DNA of 64,000 bases from Haliotis rubra. Taxonomy: Eukaryota. A model generated the notes under the pieces. The model did no database searches and had not been told where the DNA came from. It worked only from the letters and a program-made list of their open reading frames with translations. Within the stretch, counting starts at the first letter, position 1, and each line of letters begins with the position of its first letter. The stretch is from assembly GCF_003918875.1 (NCBI RefSeq), contig NW_025767587.1, positions 186,001 to 250,000 on the forward strand, read 5' to 3'. Positions 1 to 12,336 of the stretch are shown here, piece by piece. Both the position numbers and the translations under genes were made by a program.

Positions 1-2370
1 TTCATCGCCTCGTTTCTCGTCACCGTATCCATCGCCTCCTTTCTCGTCACCGTATCCATCGCCTCCTTTCTCGTCACCGTATCCATCGCCTCCTTTCTCG
101 TCATCGTATTCATCGCCTTCTTTCTCATCATCGTAATCATCACTTCCTTTCTCGTCACCGTATTCATCGCCTTTCTCGTCACCGTCATCATCGCCTTCCT
201 TCTCATCACCGTATTCATCGCCTCCTTTCTCGTCATTGTATTCATTGCCTCCTTTCTCGTCATTGTATTCATCGTCTTCTTTCTCGTCACCGTAATTATC
301 GTTGCGTTCATCATCGTCGTAATCATCGAGTTTTTCCTCATCACCGTATTCATCGTCTTCCTCATGACCGTAGTCATCGTCTCTAAAATCCTCATCGTAA
401 TCGCCATCGTATTCATCGTCATCTTCCTCATCGTCGTAATCGTCGAACATTTTATCATCATCGTAATCATCGTCATCTTCATCGCCATCATAATAGTCGC
501 TTTCTTCATCGTAACTATAGTCATCGCTTCCTTCCTTGTCACCGTATTCATCACCTCCTACATCACCATGGCCACGTTCCTCCTCGTCGTCTGCGTCGGC
601 TCCTTCAGAAGCACCGTTTGCGTCTCCCTCATCGGCACCATCAGCATCGGCACTTCTCTTTCTCCTGACATGCCTCTTCTCCCCGTGTGCCATCTTCCTC
701 TGAGAATTAAGGTCTGTGTCCATGTCATCCTCTTCTCCGAAGCTGTTTATCCCTATTCTTCTCCCAGCACCAATGCTCTCCTCATCATCCAGAACGTCAC
801 GTGGGTAGGGGGCCTTTTTAAGATGCCGTTGCTTGTTCCTCCCTGGTCGTTTTCTGACGTGGCCCCTGGGGCGTTTGATCTGCATCTCATCAGGGCGTGG
901 CGGTGGGGTGGGAGAGGCACAGGTCTCCTGTCTGGTGGTCTTTTCTGGACACTCCTCGCCTCCTGTGGAGAGTGTCAGATGTACGGTGCGCGTCCCCGTC
1001 GTCTCATCACAGGCTCCCCAGGGTCCCTCTTTGTACTGGCAGTGTTCTCCTACAACAGACACAGGTTCACAGTGATACTTCCGTAACCTCGTGGGGCGAT
1101 GGGTTACCCCTGTGGTCAAAGTGTTCGCTCGTCACGCCGAAGACCCGGGTTCGATTCCCTAAATGGGTACAATGTGTGAATCCCATTTCTGGTATCCCCC
1201 GCCGTGATATTGCTGGAATATCGGCGTAAAACTGAACAAGCGACTTATAACTGAACCAACAGCGCAGATCGATGCTCATGAAGCTGATCACAGGATTGTC
1301 TGGTCCGGACTCGATTATTTACAGACCGCCGCCATTAAAGGTGGAATGTTTCTAATTGTGGCGTAAAACTAAACTCACTCATTCACACGTAACATGATAT
1401 CAAAATATTTCTATCCCACATTTCCCCGATGGGATAAAACAAATACTATTACACAGAAAAGACCCAGGTCAGCTTGATCTTATTATCTTATTTTGTTTTA
1501 AATTTCCGTAGCCAAGCGACTCCATTTACATTTTAAATATTGATATATTTTTCCACTTGACCTAAATTGTAAAATTTCATAAAAATTAGTTACACTTTAC
1601 GTGAATTTCATTCTTTCTGTTATTTTTCATTCAATTTATACTTTTTCGCTTGTCCGATCTCTTGCTAAATAAGGCTTGAGTTGAGAAACAAAAATCACGG
1701 ATTGTCTAACTCGCTTTTCCCATTTTATACTGGATAACACTATCGTTCCACATGCAATACATTTTCCAGGATCAAATACTCAGTAACACAAATCTACACA
1801 GAGGATTATTTTGAGGCTATCTGTTCATCTGGCCTTACGACGTCAAAGATTATTGTTAAAAAATACCCGACTGAAAATTTCAATCTTTTCTGATCACGTG
1901 ATATGCATGACCATTATGTTTGTCAAGAAAGTTCAAATGTATTTTTCATACATAGTATTTGTTTTGTATCTTTCGCCATGGCGATGGTGAATAGTAAATA
2001 TCCCTAGCATTAATATCTATGTATTAAACACGACTGAAACATGTTAATACTTACGATAAAAGTACGCTTTGCAATAAAAGGGCCAGAAAGAGTAAGTTTA
2101 TTTCAATAAAGTTGTGTGGAAGTTGAATGGAATTACGTAAATTCTTCGACTTATCCGTAGTTCGATACATGACTAAAAGGAATACGTAGGGACCAGTTTC
2201 TACTTCGAGACAAATGTAAGTTCGACTCATCTATGTTCGACACAACAGTGTTTCGGTGTATAACAACAGCATAAACAACAATGACAGGGTTTACCTGGTG
2301 TCATAGGCTTCTGCTCGGTGGTGATCACAAAGAATACCAAGATGGCGGAACATACCGATAATCCGCCCAT
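1..2370 (-). CDS. Secreted protein: pleiotrophin/midkine-like Cys4 domain, basic linker, furin site, Asp/Glu/Gly/Tyr-rich repeat tail (3' end outside window)
   Basis: Exon 2370-2295 reads MGGLSVCSAILVFFVITTEQKPMTP+G, then a GTAAAC donor (phase 1). Exon 1049-<1 follows a TGTAG acceptor and reads GEHCQYKEGPWGACDETTGTRTVHLTLSTGGEECPEKTTRQETC...HVRRKRSADADG...(GYGDEKGGD)n, open to the window edge. Probable non-coding exon ends at 4484 (GTAAGT). Confidence 0.85.
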
Positions 2371-4989
2371 GCTGTCTGGAAGAAAAGGAAAACAATTTGG
2401 ATTGAATTCTAATTAATGACGTTATCTGTTGATCGTAACGCGGAGGACTGAACATTAATACAGTGTCACACGGTTGTGTCGAAGTTAAAGGCACCTACGT
2501 ACATGCTTCGAGATATTCGAGATTCGACACAACCGAAAATATCGAATTAAATAAGAAATACGCAGGGACCATGTATTATTTTGAGTGTACGTTCGACACA
2601 TGGAAGTTCGACACAAAGGTGTTTGACTGTTTTTCATTATATTGAGTGAAATTGCTTTGGGCTTAGGCGCAAAATTCTGTTGTCTACAGTTCAATACATG
2701 AACCTCCATATGTTATGTCGCGAATTTTAAGGCGAGAAAGCGATGGCCCTAATCAGCCACCATATATGTGCGAGTGAGTGAGTGAGTTGAGTTTTACGCC
2801 GCACTCAGCAATATTCCAGCTATATGGCAGCGGTCTGTAAATAATCAGATGGACCAGACAATCCAGTGATCAACAGCATGAGCATCGATCTGCGCAATTA
2901 GGAACCGATGACATGTGTCAACCAATGCAAGTCAGCGAGCCTGACCACCCGATCCCGTTAGTCGCCTCTTACGACAAGCACGGGTTGCTGAAGATGAATT
3001 CTAACCCAGACCGTCACGGATCTATGTTATGTGTACTACATATGGCATACTATTGTTTCTAGCGTAGAGTTATTCGGAATGTCTTGAAAAACAAAGGACT
3101 GGTTGGTTGGTTGGTTGGTGTCTTACGCCGCCCTCAGCAATATTCCAGTTATATAGCGGTGGTCGAGTCTGGACCAGACAGTCCAGTGATCAACAGTATG
3201 AGCATCGATCTACGCAATTGGCATACGATGACATGTGTCAACCAAGTCAGCGAGCCTGAACACCCGACCCCGTTAGCGGCCTCTTTGGTTGCTGAAGACC
3301 AATTCATGAGTTGCTGAAGGTTGCTGAAGACCAACTCTAACCCGGATCTTCACGGTTGTGTGGGGATCAGGTTGCTGTTCACCTTTTAATGGGATTCCTT
3401 TTGATTGCATGACATACAACGAAACTACGATATGATACAGCAAGAATCCTTTCACTTTCAGCTTTGTAGTTTTAAAGTTTCAACAAAGACTTCCGATTCT
3501 CGTTGGCTTAAATATAACATATACCGACTGACTTTAGGACAAGTGCTCCATTTAATGTTGGCTTTCACTCAGGTATTGTTTTGGCTTTTTTCTCTGAAAG
3601 GAAATACTTGGTTGTAAGATCCTTGATCCAAGGGGAACCAAAGTTATTTTTTGTTATGATTATTCGTTGATCGTGTTTGGTAATGCACTGATTTTATCTT
3701 CTTTTATCGACGCTTGCGTTTGAATTTCAAATCACCTTGCAGCCATTCCTAATGTAGAATTGCTGTCTGAAGAGACTGACTCACACCGACTTTGCAATGT
3801 AATACCTGTAAGGTCACGAGGCATAGATAAATCTTTCATCGCAGTATAAATGTTTTTAGTCTTAAATTATTCATGTATCAGATCTTTTCTAACTTCATCC
3901 TAATGTCAAGTCAAACTTTTGTAAAATAATAATTGATAGTTTACCATTGTCATTCAAACCACTGCCATGGGATAACATTTGTAGCACATACCTACGTTAA
4001 TATTTAAAGAGATATGTGTATGTACCATGGTGGGTGTTCGAAAATATTCTGGTTCAGCTGAACAATTTCTAGAAACATTTTCTACGCAGTATTTTTGAAA
4101 TGTTCAAATGGTAATCAACAGGGTCCAAACACAATGGTGATGGAAACTGTAAAATCACCGGATTAAAACGATTCAAAATTTATGTTTTTTTGATAATTAT
4201 GTATCAATGTAATTGGTACATCACATTCCCAGCAGACTGTCGATTTCGGAACAAATGGGATCTCACTGTTTATGTGTTCGTAACAGTGGATAAAAGATAT
4301 AGTTATCTAAAAGCTTTGACATCTTGTCTTACCTTGATAACCATGCATAGTAATTATGCACATTATATTATATGTGTACTGAAGAACACAAATGTGGAAA
4401 AATATCTTCAAGAGATATAAGATTTATAAAGATGTATAAATACACACATACAAGATAAACAAAACAAGACAGTTACCACTTACCTAGTAGATCAGCGCTT
4501 CCTGAAATGTGTTGTCCGGATAAAATACGTCTGACGTCTATGTCGACGTGTACGGCGCGGCTTCGCCAACATCAGTGTCAACTGTTGCAAAACGTCAATG
4601 CTTCATTCAAAATTTATTCAGTCTTTAGTTTCCATGACAACGGCGATCGAAAGACATTTTAAAACCAGGTGAACGATTGTCAAAGAGGTTAAAGAATCAG
4701 TTTCACGTTGGTGTGGAACCACAATAATATGTTTCCGGTCAGCTGAGTGACATCTGTCTTTCGTCATCGGGGGATGTCCACCCGTACGTCTTAGTGGGTA
4801 GAATAGGGATAATCTCTGGGGTTTAGGGCAGAGGGGTGCAAGACATACTGAAAGTTCACAGGCTTTAAGATGAATCCATTATCGGGGTTTGGTGCACAGT
4901 AGACACTGCATATTCCAATTAACAGAACAGGATGAACGAAGAACTGGACTATATATCAATACGATAATTACATCATGACAATATAACAG

Positions 4990-6860
4990 GTACCCGTTAC
5001 TGGGTGTCAATACATTGCAACCCGTAACTGGGTGTCTGGGTGTCAATACACTGCAGGTACCCTTTACTGGGTGTCGAAAACACTGCAGGTACCAGTTTCT
5101 GGGTGTCGAAAACATTGCAGGTACCCGTTTCTGGGTGTCGAAAACACTGCAGGTACCAGTTTATTGGTGTCGAAAACACTGCAGGTACCCGTTTCAGATT
5201 GCTGACAACACTGCAGGTACCTGTTAGAGATTATTGACAACACTGCAGGTACCCGTTACAGACTGTTGACAACACTGCAGATACCTGTCACAGATTGTTG
5301 ACAACACTGCAGGTACCCGTTACAGATTGCTTACAACACTGCACGTACCCGTTACAGATTGCTGACAACACTGCAGGTACCCGTTACATACTGTTGACAA
5401 CACTGCAGATACCTGTCACAGATTGTTGACAACACTGCAGGTACCCGTCACAGATTGCTGACAACACTGCAGATACATGTAACAGATTGTTGACAACACT
5501 GCAGGTACCCGTTACAGATTGTTGACAACACTGCAGATACCCGTTACAGATCGTTGACAACACTGCAGGTACCCATTACAGATTATTGACAACACTACAG
5601 GTACCCATTACAGATTGTTGACAACACTGCAGGTACCCGTTACAGATTGCTGACAACACAGCAGATGCACGTTACAGATTGTTGACAACACTGCAGGTAC
5701 TTGTAACAGGGTGTCGACAGCCCCATGGGTACCCGTTATAGAGTCGAGAAAACCCAGCAGATACCCGCTGAACATGCTGACTAGACCTCGGGTACCGCTA
5801 AGGCGTTACAGGAGTGGACTGGATTGCAGCTACACGTTACAGGAGTGGACTGGATTGCAGCTACACGTTACAGGAGTGGACTGGATTGCAGCTACACGTT
5901 ACAGGAGTGGACTGGATTGCAGCTACACGTTACAGGAGTGGACTGGATTGCAGCTACACGTTATAGGAGTGGACTGGATTGCAGCTACACGTTACAGGAG
6001 TGGACTGAATTGAAGCTACACGTTACAGGAGTGAACTGGATTGCAACTACACGCAGGTACAGGTTAGATGGACTGGATTGCAGCTAAACGTTACAGGAGT
6101 GAACTGGATTGCAGCTACACGTTACAGGAGTGGACTGGATTGCAGCTACTCGTTACAGGAGAGAACTGGATTGCAGCTACACGTTACATGAGTGGACTGA
6201 ATTGCAGCTACACGTTACAGGAGTGAACTGGATTGCAGCTACACGTTACAGGAGTGGACTGGATTGCAGCTACTCGTTACAGGAGTGGACTGGATTGCAG
6301 CTACACGTTACAGGAGTGGACTGGATTGCAGCTACACGTTATAGGAGTGGACTGGATTGCAGCTACACGTTACAGGAGTGGACTGAATTGAAGCTACACG
6401 TTACAGGAGTGAACTGGATTGCAACTACACGTTACAGGAGTGGACTGGATTGCAGCTAAACGTTACAGGAGTGAACTGGATTGCAGCTACACGTTACAGG
6501 AGTGGACTGGATTGCAGCTACTCGTTACAGGAGAGAACTGGATTGCAGCTACACGTTACATGAGTGGACTGAATTGCAGCTACACGTTACAGGAGTGAAC
6601 TGGATTGCAGCTACACGTTACAGGAGTGGACTGGATTGCAGCTACTCGTTACAGGAGTGGACTGGATTGAAGCTACTCGTTACATGAGTGAACTGGATTG
6701 CAGCTACTCGTTACAGGAGTTGACTGTAGTGAAGGTACCGCAGAAGAGCTCGAAAACACTGCAGGTACCCGTAACTGGGTGTCGAAAACACTGCAGGTAC
6801 CCGTTGCAGATTCTTGACAACACTGCAGGTACCCGGTGAACGCGTTGAGAACAGTGCAGG
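4990..6860. repeat. Compound minisatellite: 32-bp array interrupted by a 31-bp array (5805-6725)
   Basis: Units AACACTGCAGGTACCCGTTACAGATTGTTGAC and GTTACAGGAGTGGACTGGATTGCAGCTACAC. Confidence 0.95.
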
Positions 6861-6929
6861 TTAACCGTTAACTAATATGACAATACCTCAACACGTACTG
6901 TAACTTTCAATAATAGAATTGCCTTACTA

Positions 6930-7264
6930 TACTATTCACACTTTGCTAAGGATCAAATCATTGATTCAACAGAAAACTGTGATTGGGGTCAAATGTGGTT
7001 TAAATATCTAAGCCCATTGTAAGCATGTGTACTTATCAAAGACCCGTGCCATGATTTGCAAAATGGTTGATTGGTGCCATGAAAACCATTTTTATGGTTA
7101 CTTATGTATCTAGTGTATACGGTTAGCTTAAAGTGGCTGTATTCCTGAAGATGTGTTACCATATCATTATTTATCCAGTTTTAAATGGATACAATTTCAA
7201 ATTATAAACCTACGTTTAAGTAAAGTTGCGAATTTTTGTGATCCTTAGCAAAGGGTGAATAGTA
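6930..7264. mobile_element. Tc1/mariner-type MITE
   Basis: TIR TACTATTCAC[A/C]CTTTGCTAAGGATCA at both ends, TA flanks. Confidence 0.8.
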
Positions 7265-7500
7265 TATATTATTCAGAGGCGAGACTATAATATGTAAACA
7301 TAAACAAACAATAAGTTTCAGATGTAGCAGAATTTAATGTTATTAAGATGTAACTGACGATACAGGTTTGAGAAGAAACTTAAACATTGGCTGTTTGGCC
7401 AGCTGTGCAAGGTATTGTACTGTATTGTACTGTAATTGTTTTGGTGAAACCGTCCTTGCTGTCTATCATTCCCTGTCTGTTTTTATCAATACATTTTCGT

Positions 7501-10500
7501 TTAGCCTCTTCTCCCACCTCTTCTTCCCAGACCACCTTCTCCATCACGATGGGTAAACTCCACGCTTTCACCTCTCACACCACCTTTACTATCGTGTGTC
7601 CCTCGTCCTCCGACTCTTCCATCGTGTCTTCCTCTACTATTTATCATGTCCATTTCTTCTCCACCATTGCCTTTATCAAAATTCTTATCGTCATCAGTAT
7701 CCATGACTCTTCCCCTCCCCCTTCTTCCTCCACCGCCAAACTTCACGTTATTCTCATAACTATTTTCATCAACCATGTCTGCTCCATCCCCTTCTGCTAC
7801 GCTTCTCCCTCCGGCGTGTCGTCCTTCACCTTGCTCCCCCTTTCTTCCTCCATTGCCATAATCTACATAACCTTCATAATCGCCTCCATTATCCACGCTT
7901 CCTTCATTTCTTCTGCTACTTTCTCCATCTATTCCTCTTCCACCTCTTCCCCCAAAAAGGCGTCTTCTTGCGTGCTTCCTTTGCCCATTTTTCCGGCCGG
8001 CGTGACTCATGTCACCTTCAACATCGTTTCCTGTACCTCCCCAACCGTGCGCCCTCCGATTCTGGCCATGTGTTCCTCTACCTCGTCCTCCGTGCATCCC
8101 GTGGTGCCGCCTGGAACCGCGTTTTGATTGATGTTTGTGACGTGCACGTCCTTGTACTCCATGATCTGCGAATCTACCTTCTGCAGCTGCTCCTGCACCT
8201 TCTCCAACTTTCCCTGCGATACCGTGGACCGCGTCTCCATTTCCTTGCAAACTACCCAAGACATCACCGACACCTTGATGACTTCCTGAGACACCGTTGT
8301 CTGTCTCTTCAGATCCTTGTTTATTCCTTGAGTCTCCCCCGACAGCATCACCACCTTGAACACCTCCGTCTATTCCTCGTCCACCTCTTCCCCCAAAATG
8401 GCGTCTTCTAACGTGCTTCCTTTGCCCAGTTACTCGGCCGGAGTGACCCATGCCACCTCTACCTCGTCCTCCGTGCATCCTGCGGTGCCTTCTGGAACCA
8501 CGTATTGATTGATGTTTGCCACGTGCACGTCCTTGGCCTCCATGACCTGTGAATCTACCTTCTGCAGATGCTCCTACACCTCTTCCCTCTCTCCCTTCGA
8601 TATCATCGACAGCGCCTCCATTTCCTTGAAAACTACCCGAGACTACACCGACACCTTGATGACTTCCTGAGACACCGCCGTCTGTCTCTTCAGATCCTTG
8701 TCTATTCCTTGTACCTCCCCCGACAGCATCTCCACCTTGAACACTTTCTCCATCTATACCACCTCCACCTCTTCCCCCAAAATGGCGTCTTCTACCGTGC
8801 TTCCATTGTCCAGTCACTCTGCCAGCATGACCCATATTGCCTTCAAAATCTCTCATTGTACCAGCATCTCCACCTTGAACACTTTCTCCATCTATTCCTC
8901 TTCCCCCAAAATGGCGTCTTCTTGCGTGCATCCTTTTCCCAGTTACTCGGCTGGCGTGACCCATGCCACCTTCAACATCTTCCCCTGTACCTCCCCAACC
9001 GTGTGTCCTCCGATTCTGGTCATGTGCTCCTCTACCTCGTCCTCCGTGCATCCTGTGGTGCCATCTGGAACCACGTATTGATTGATGCTTGTCATGTCCA
9101 CCTCCTTGACCTCCATGACCTGTGAATCTACCTTCTGCAGCTGCTCCTCCACCTTCTCCAACATTCCCTGCGATACCGTCGACAGCACCTCCATTTCCTT
9201 GAAAACTACCCGAGACATCATCGACACCTTGATGACTTCCTGAGACTCCGCCGTCTGTCTCTGCATATCCTTGTTCATTCCTTGAGAGTCCTCCGACAGC
9301 ATTTCCACCTTCATACCTCCTTGAGTCACCTCCGTCTGTCTCTGCATATCCTTGTTTATTCCTTGAGAGCCCCCCGACAGCATCTCCACCTTCATACCTC
9401 CTTGAGTCACCTCCGTCTGTCTCTGCATATCCTTGTTTATTCCTTGAGAGCCCCCCGACAGCATCTCCACCTTCATACCTCCTTGAGTCACCTCCGTCTG
9501 TCTCTGCATATCCTTGTTTATTCCTTGAGAGCCCTCCGACAGCATCTCCACCTTCATACCTCCTTGAGTCACCTCCGTCTGTCTCTGCATATCCTTGTTT
9601 ATTCCTTGAGAGCCCTCCGACAGCATCTCCACCTTCATACCTCCTTGAGTCACCTCCGTCTGTCTCTGCATATCCTTGTTTATTCCTTGAGAGCCCTCCG
9701 ACAGCATATCCACCTTCATGCCTCCTTGAGTCACCTCCGTCTGTCTCTGCATATCCTTGTATATTCCTTGAGAGCCCTCCGACAGCATCTCCACCTTCAT
9801 ACCTCCTTGAGTCACCTCCGTCTGTCTCTGCATATCCTTGTTTATTCCTTGAGAGCCCTCCGACAGCATCTCCACCTTCATACCTCCTTGAGTCACCTCC
9901 GTCTGTCTCTGCATATCCTTGTTTATTCCTTGAGAGCCCTCCGACAGCATCTCCACCTTCATGCCTCCTTGAGTCACCTCCGTCTGTCTCTGCATATCTT
10001 TGTTTATTCCTTGAAACTCCTCCGACAGCATCTCCACCTTGAATATTTTCTTGATTAGTCCTGAAGAGATCACCTTCAGTCACTCCATTTCCTTGAATAC
10101 TCCCTGAGACATCACCGGCAGTCCCATCTCCACCTTGTCTTTTCCTTGGGACATCTCCGCCACCCTTGACATTCTCTCCTTGATCCTGCTCCATTCCTTT
10201 ACCAGAAACAGTGTGTTTTCTTGCATGAGTGTGGCTTGTAAGGATACCTCCAAGCTTGGACTTGGTGCCCTTGAAGAAACTGGGTCTACGTGGAGGTGGA
10301 TTTGGGACCGCTCTGGAGTTGGAGTTTGTTGTTTCGATGATATCCACGCCTGTAGCTGAAGATTAAAAAAAACAAATATCACCATCATCCTCTTATACTA
10401 CTGTGGTGGAGAGGTGGCCTAGTGGTTAAAGCGTTCGCTCGTAATGCCGAATACCCTCGTTCGATTCTCCACATGGGTACAATGTGCAAAGCCTATGTCT

Positions 10501-11891
10501 GGTATTCCCCGCCGTGATGTTGCCTATTTCTGGTGGCCCTGCAATAACGTTGCTGGAATATTGCTAAAGTCGTGGTTTTACCAAACTCACTCTTATACCA
10601 TAGGTATCAATTATTTTCTGAAGACAATACATGAGTACCAGCTTAACGAATGAGAGTAAGTTTAGTTTTACGCCGCACTCAGCAATATTCCAGCTATATG
10701 GCGGCGGTCTGTCAAACAATCCTGTCATCAACAGCATGAGCATCGATCTACGGAATTGGGAACAGATGACATGTGTAAGCCAAGTCAGCGAGCCTGACCA
10801 CCGATCCCGTTAGTCGCCTCTTACGACAAGCATGGGTTACTGAATTCTAACCCGGATCTTCACGGGTACCAGCTTAACCTTAGTGCTGTTTCATATTTGG
10901 AAATCTTGATAAATGCCCACCACAAATGGCCATAAATCGATACTTCCTGTTTCATGCTATACATTATGCCAATATTCTGACTAAAACTGACCATCAATGA
11001 TGCAAATCCAAGTTATGACTTGGGCCATATCTTCTCGTGTTTGAGAACACTTGACTTGCCTTTTCATGTGTTTGTGACGCGTGCCACGGGTTGCTAACGC
11101 ATGGCCATAGTATCACCGTCCATTATTTGACAACCATGCATTACTACATGCTTATGACACAGTTAGCAGAAAAGTCTGATCATTCAGGAAAGTGTCCACA
11201 TTGGTAACTTTCATTCAGTTCAGTGAGTGAGTGAGTGAGTGAGTGAGTTTTGTTTTACGCCGCTTTTTAGCAATATTCCAGCAACATCACGGCGGGGGGA
11301 CACCAGGAATGGGCTTCACACATTGTACCCATGTGGGTAATCGAACCCGGATCTTCGACGTGACGAGCGAACGCTTTAACCACTAGGCTATCCCACCGCC
11401 CCTTATTCAGTACAGATACATAGAGGTAGATATACGTCCGGGATTATACGTATAGTTGTGGATATATTTATAAAACTGTGTACAAAGGCCTTCACAAGGA
11501 ATTTCTATCCCCACAAGCATTTCTGATCTCTAACTTATTTTGCTCAGTATATTACTAGGGCGTCGAACTACACTGTGCCTATAAAGTGTACGGGGGGCGG
11601 TGGGGTAGCCTAGTGGTTAAAGCGTTGGCCCGTCACCCCGAAGACCCGGGTTCGATTCCCCACATGGGCACAATGTGTGAAGTCCATTTCTGGTGTCCCC
11701 CGCCGTGATATTGCTGGAATATTGCTAAAAGCGGCGTAAAACTCAGTCAGTATAAAGTGTTCGAGTAATATTCGACGCCTACAGTAAAGCATGGTTTTAA
11801 CCGATTGGTATTAAAATAGCTACTTACTTTCCTGCAGAGATACGATGACTAGTGCAGTCAGCATGCCCAGGGCACGACAAGGACTGGACAT
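7501..11891 (-). CDS. Secreted ~972-aa Gly/Arg/Asp/His-rich repetitive low-complexity protein
   Basis: Exon 11891-11828 reads MSSPCRALGMLTALVIVSLQE+A, then GTAAGT. It splices in frame (phase 1) to the TTCAG acceptor at 10355 and on into the 948-codon ORF ending 7501. About ten 27-aa repeats are followed by larger RGG/His-rich repeats. Probable non-coding exon ~13550-13494 (GTACGT donor). Confidence 0.85.
9245..10040 (-). repeat. Coding tandem repeat, 81-bp unit x ~10 (YEGGDAVGGLSRNKQGYAETDGGDSRR)
   Basis: Directly visible 81-bp periodicity with near-identical units. Confidence 0.95.
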
Positions 11892-12118
11892 GTTGAAAGC
11901 TGCAGCTGAAACAATTAAGTAAGTTTTACGATAAAGTTTGGTGACCTTTGATTAAAGTTCACATGAGTGAGTATGAGTGAGTGAGTGAGGCAAGTTTCGA
12001 CCAATATCATGACGGGATTGTACCCATGTGTGGAGTCGAACCTGTTCCTCAGCGATACGAGCGAACCCTTTAACCACTAGGACACCAAACCACCGTTTCA
12101 TTCTAAGACGACTCCAAT

Positions 12119-12336
12119 ACATGTAACGTATGCGGTTGAAGCCGAGGTGGCTCAGCGCTCTAGGCGTCTGACTTTGTATGCTGGCGATTAGGTGCCTGAC
12201 TCTGAGGGTGTGGGTTCGAATCCCGCAGGGGACTCAACCCCAAAAGTACTAGAATCTGTACTTTACTAAGAAAGTGTAATCCCAAATATAACATACGTTA
12301 CATTTGACCACTTTCTAAAATGGCATTGTGTATTTC
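12119..12336 (+). mobile_element. tRNA-like SINE family 4
   Basis: A box TGGCTCAGCG, B box GGTTCGAATCC, 12-bp TSD ACGACTCCAATA. Confidence 0.7.

Noticed and set aside
364-1086. 240-aa hydrophobic plus-strand ORF resembling a membrane protein
   Set aside because: Antisense shadow of the D/E-rich minus-strand exon, which has proper splice sites and a recognisable domain
4990-6860. CRISPR-like periodic arrays (also 27556, 29927, 62438)
   Set aside because: Head-to-tail units with no unique spacers, no cas genes, and a eukaryotic context
8943-10073. 376-aa alternative-frame ORF (also 8007-8363, 10080-10388 and plus-strand shadows)
   Set aside because: Broken by stops, incompatible with the phase-1 splice from the signal exon, and expected in a purine-rich 81-bp repeat
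11592-11749. tRNA-Asp-like genes with a GTC anticodon loop
   Set aside because: SINE heads: the acceptor stem is not closed, and they are followed by a conserved body, tail and TSDs
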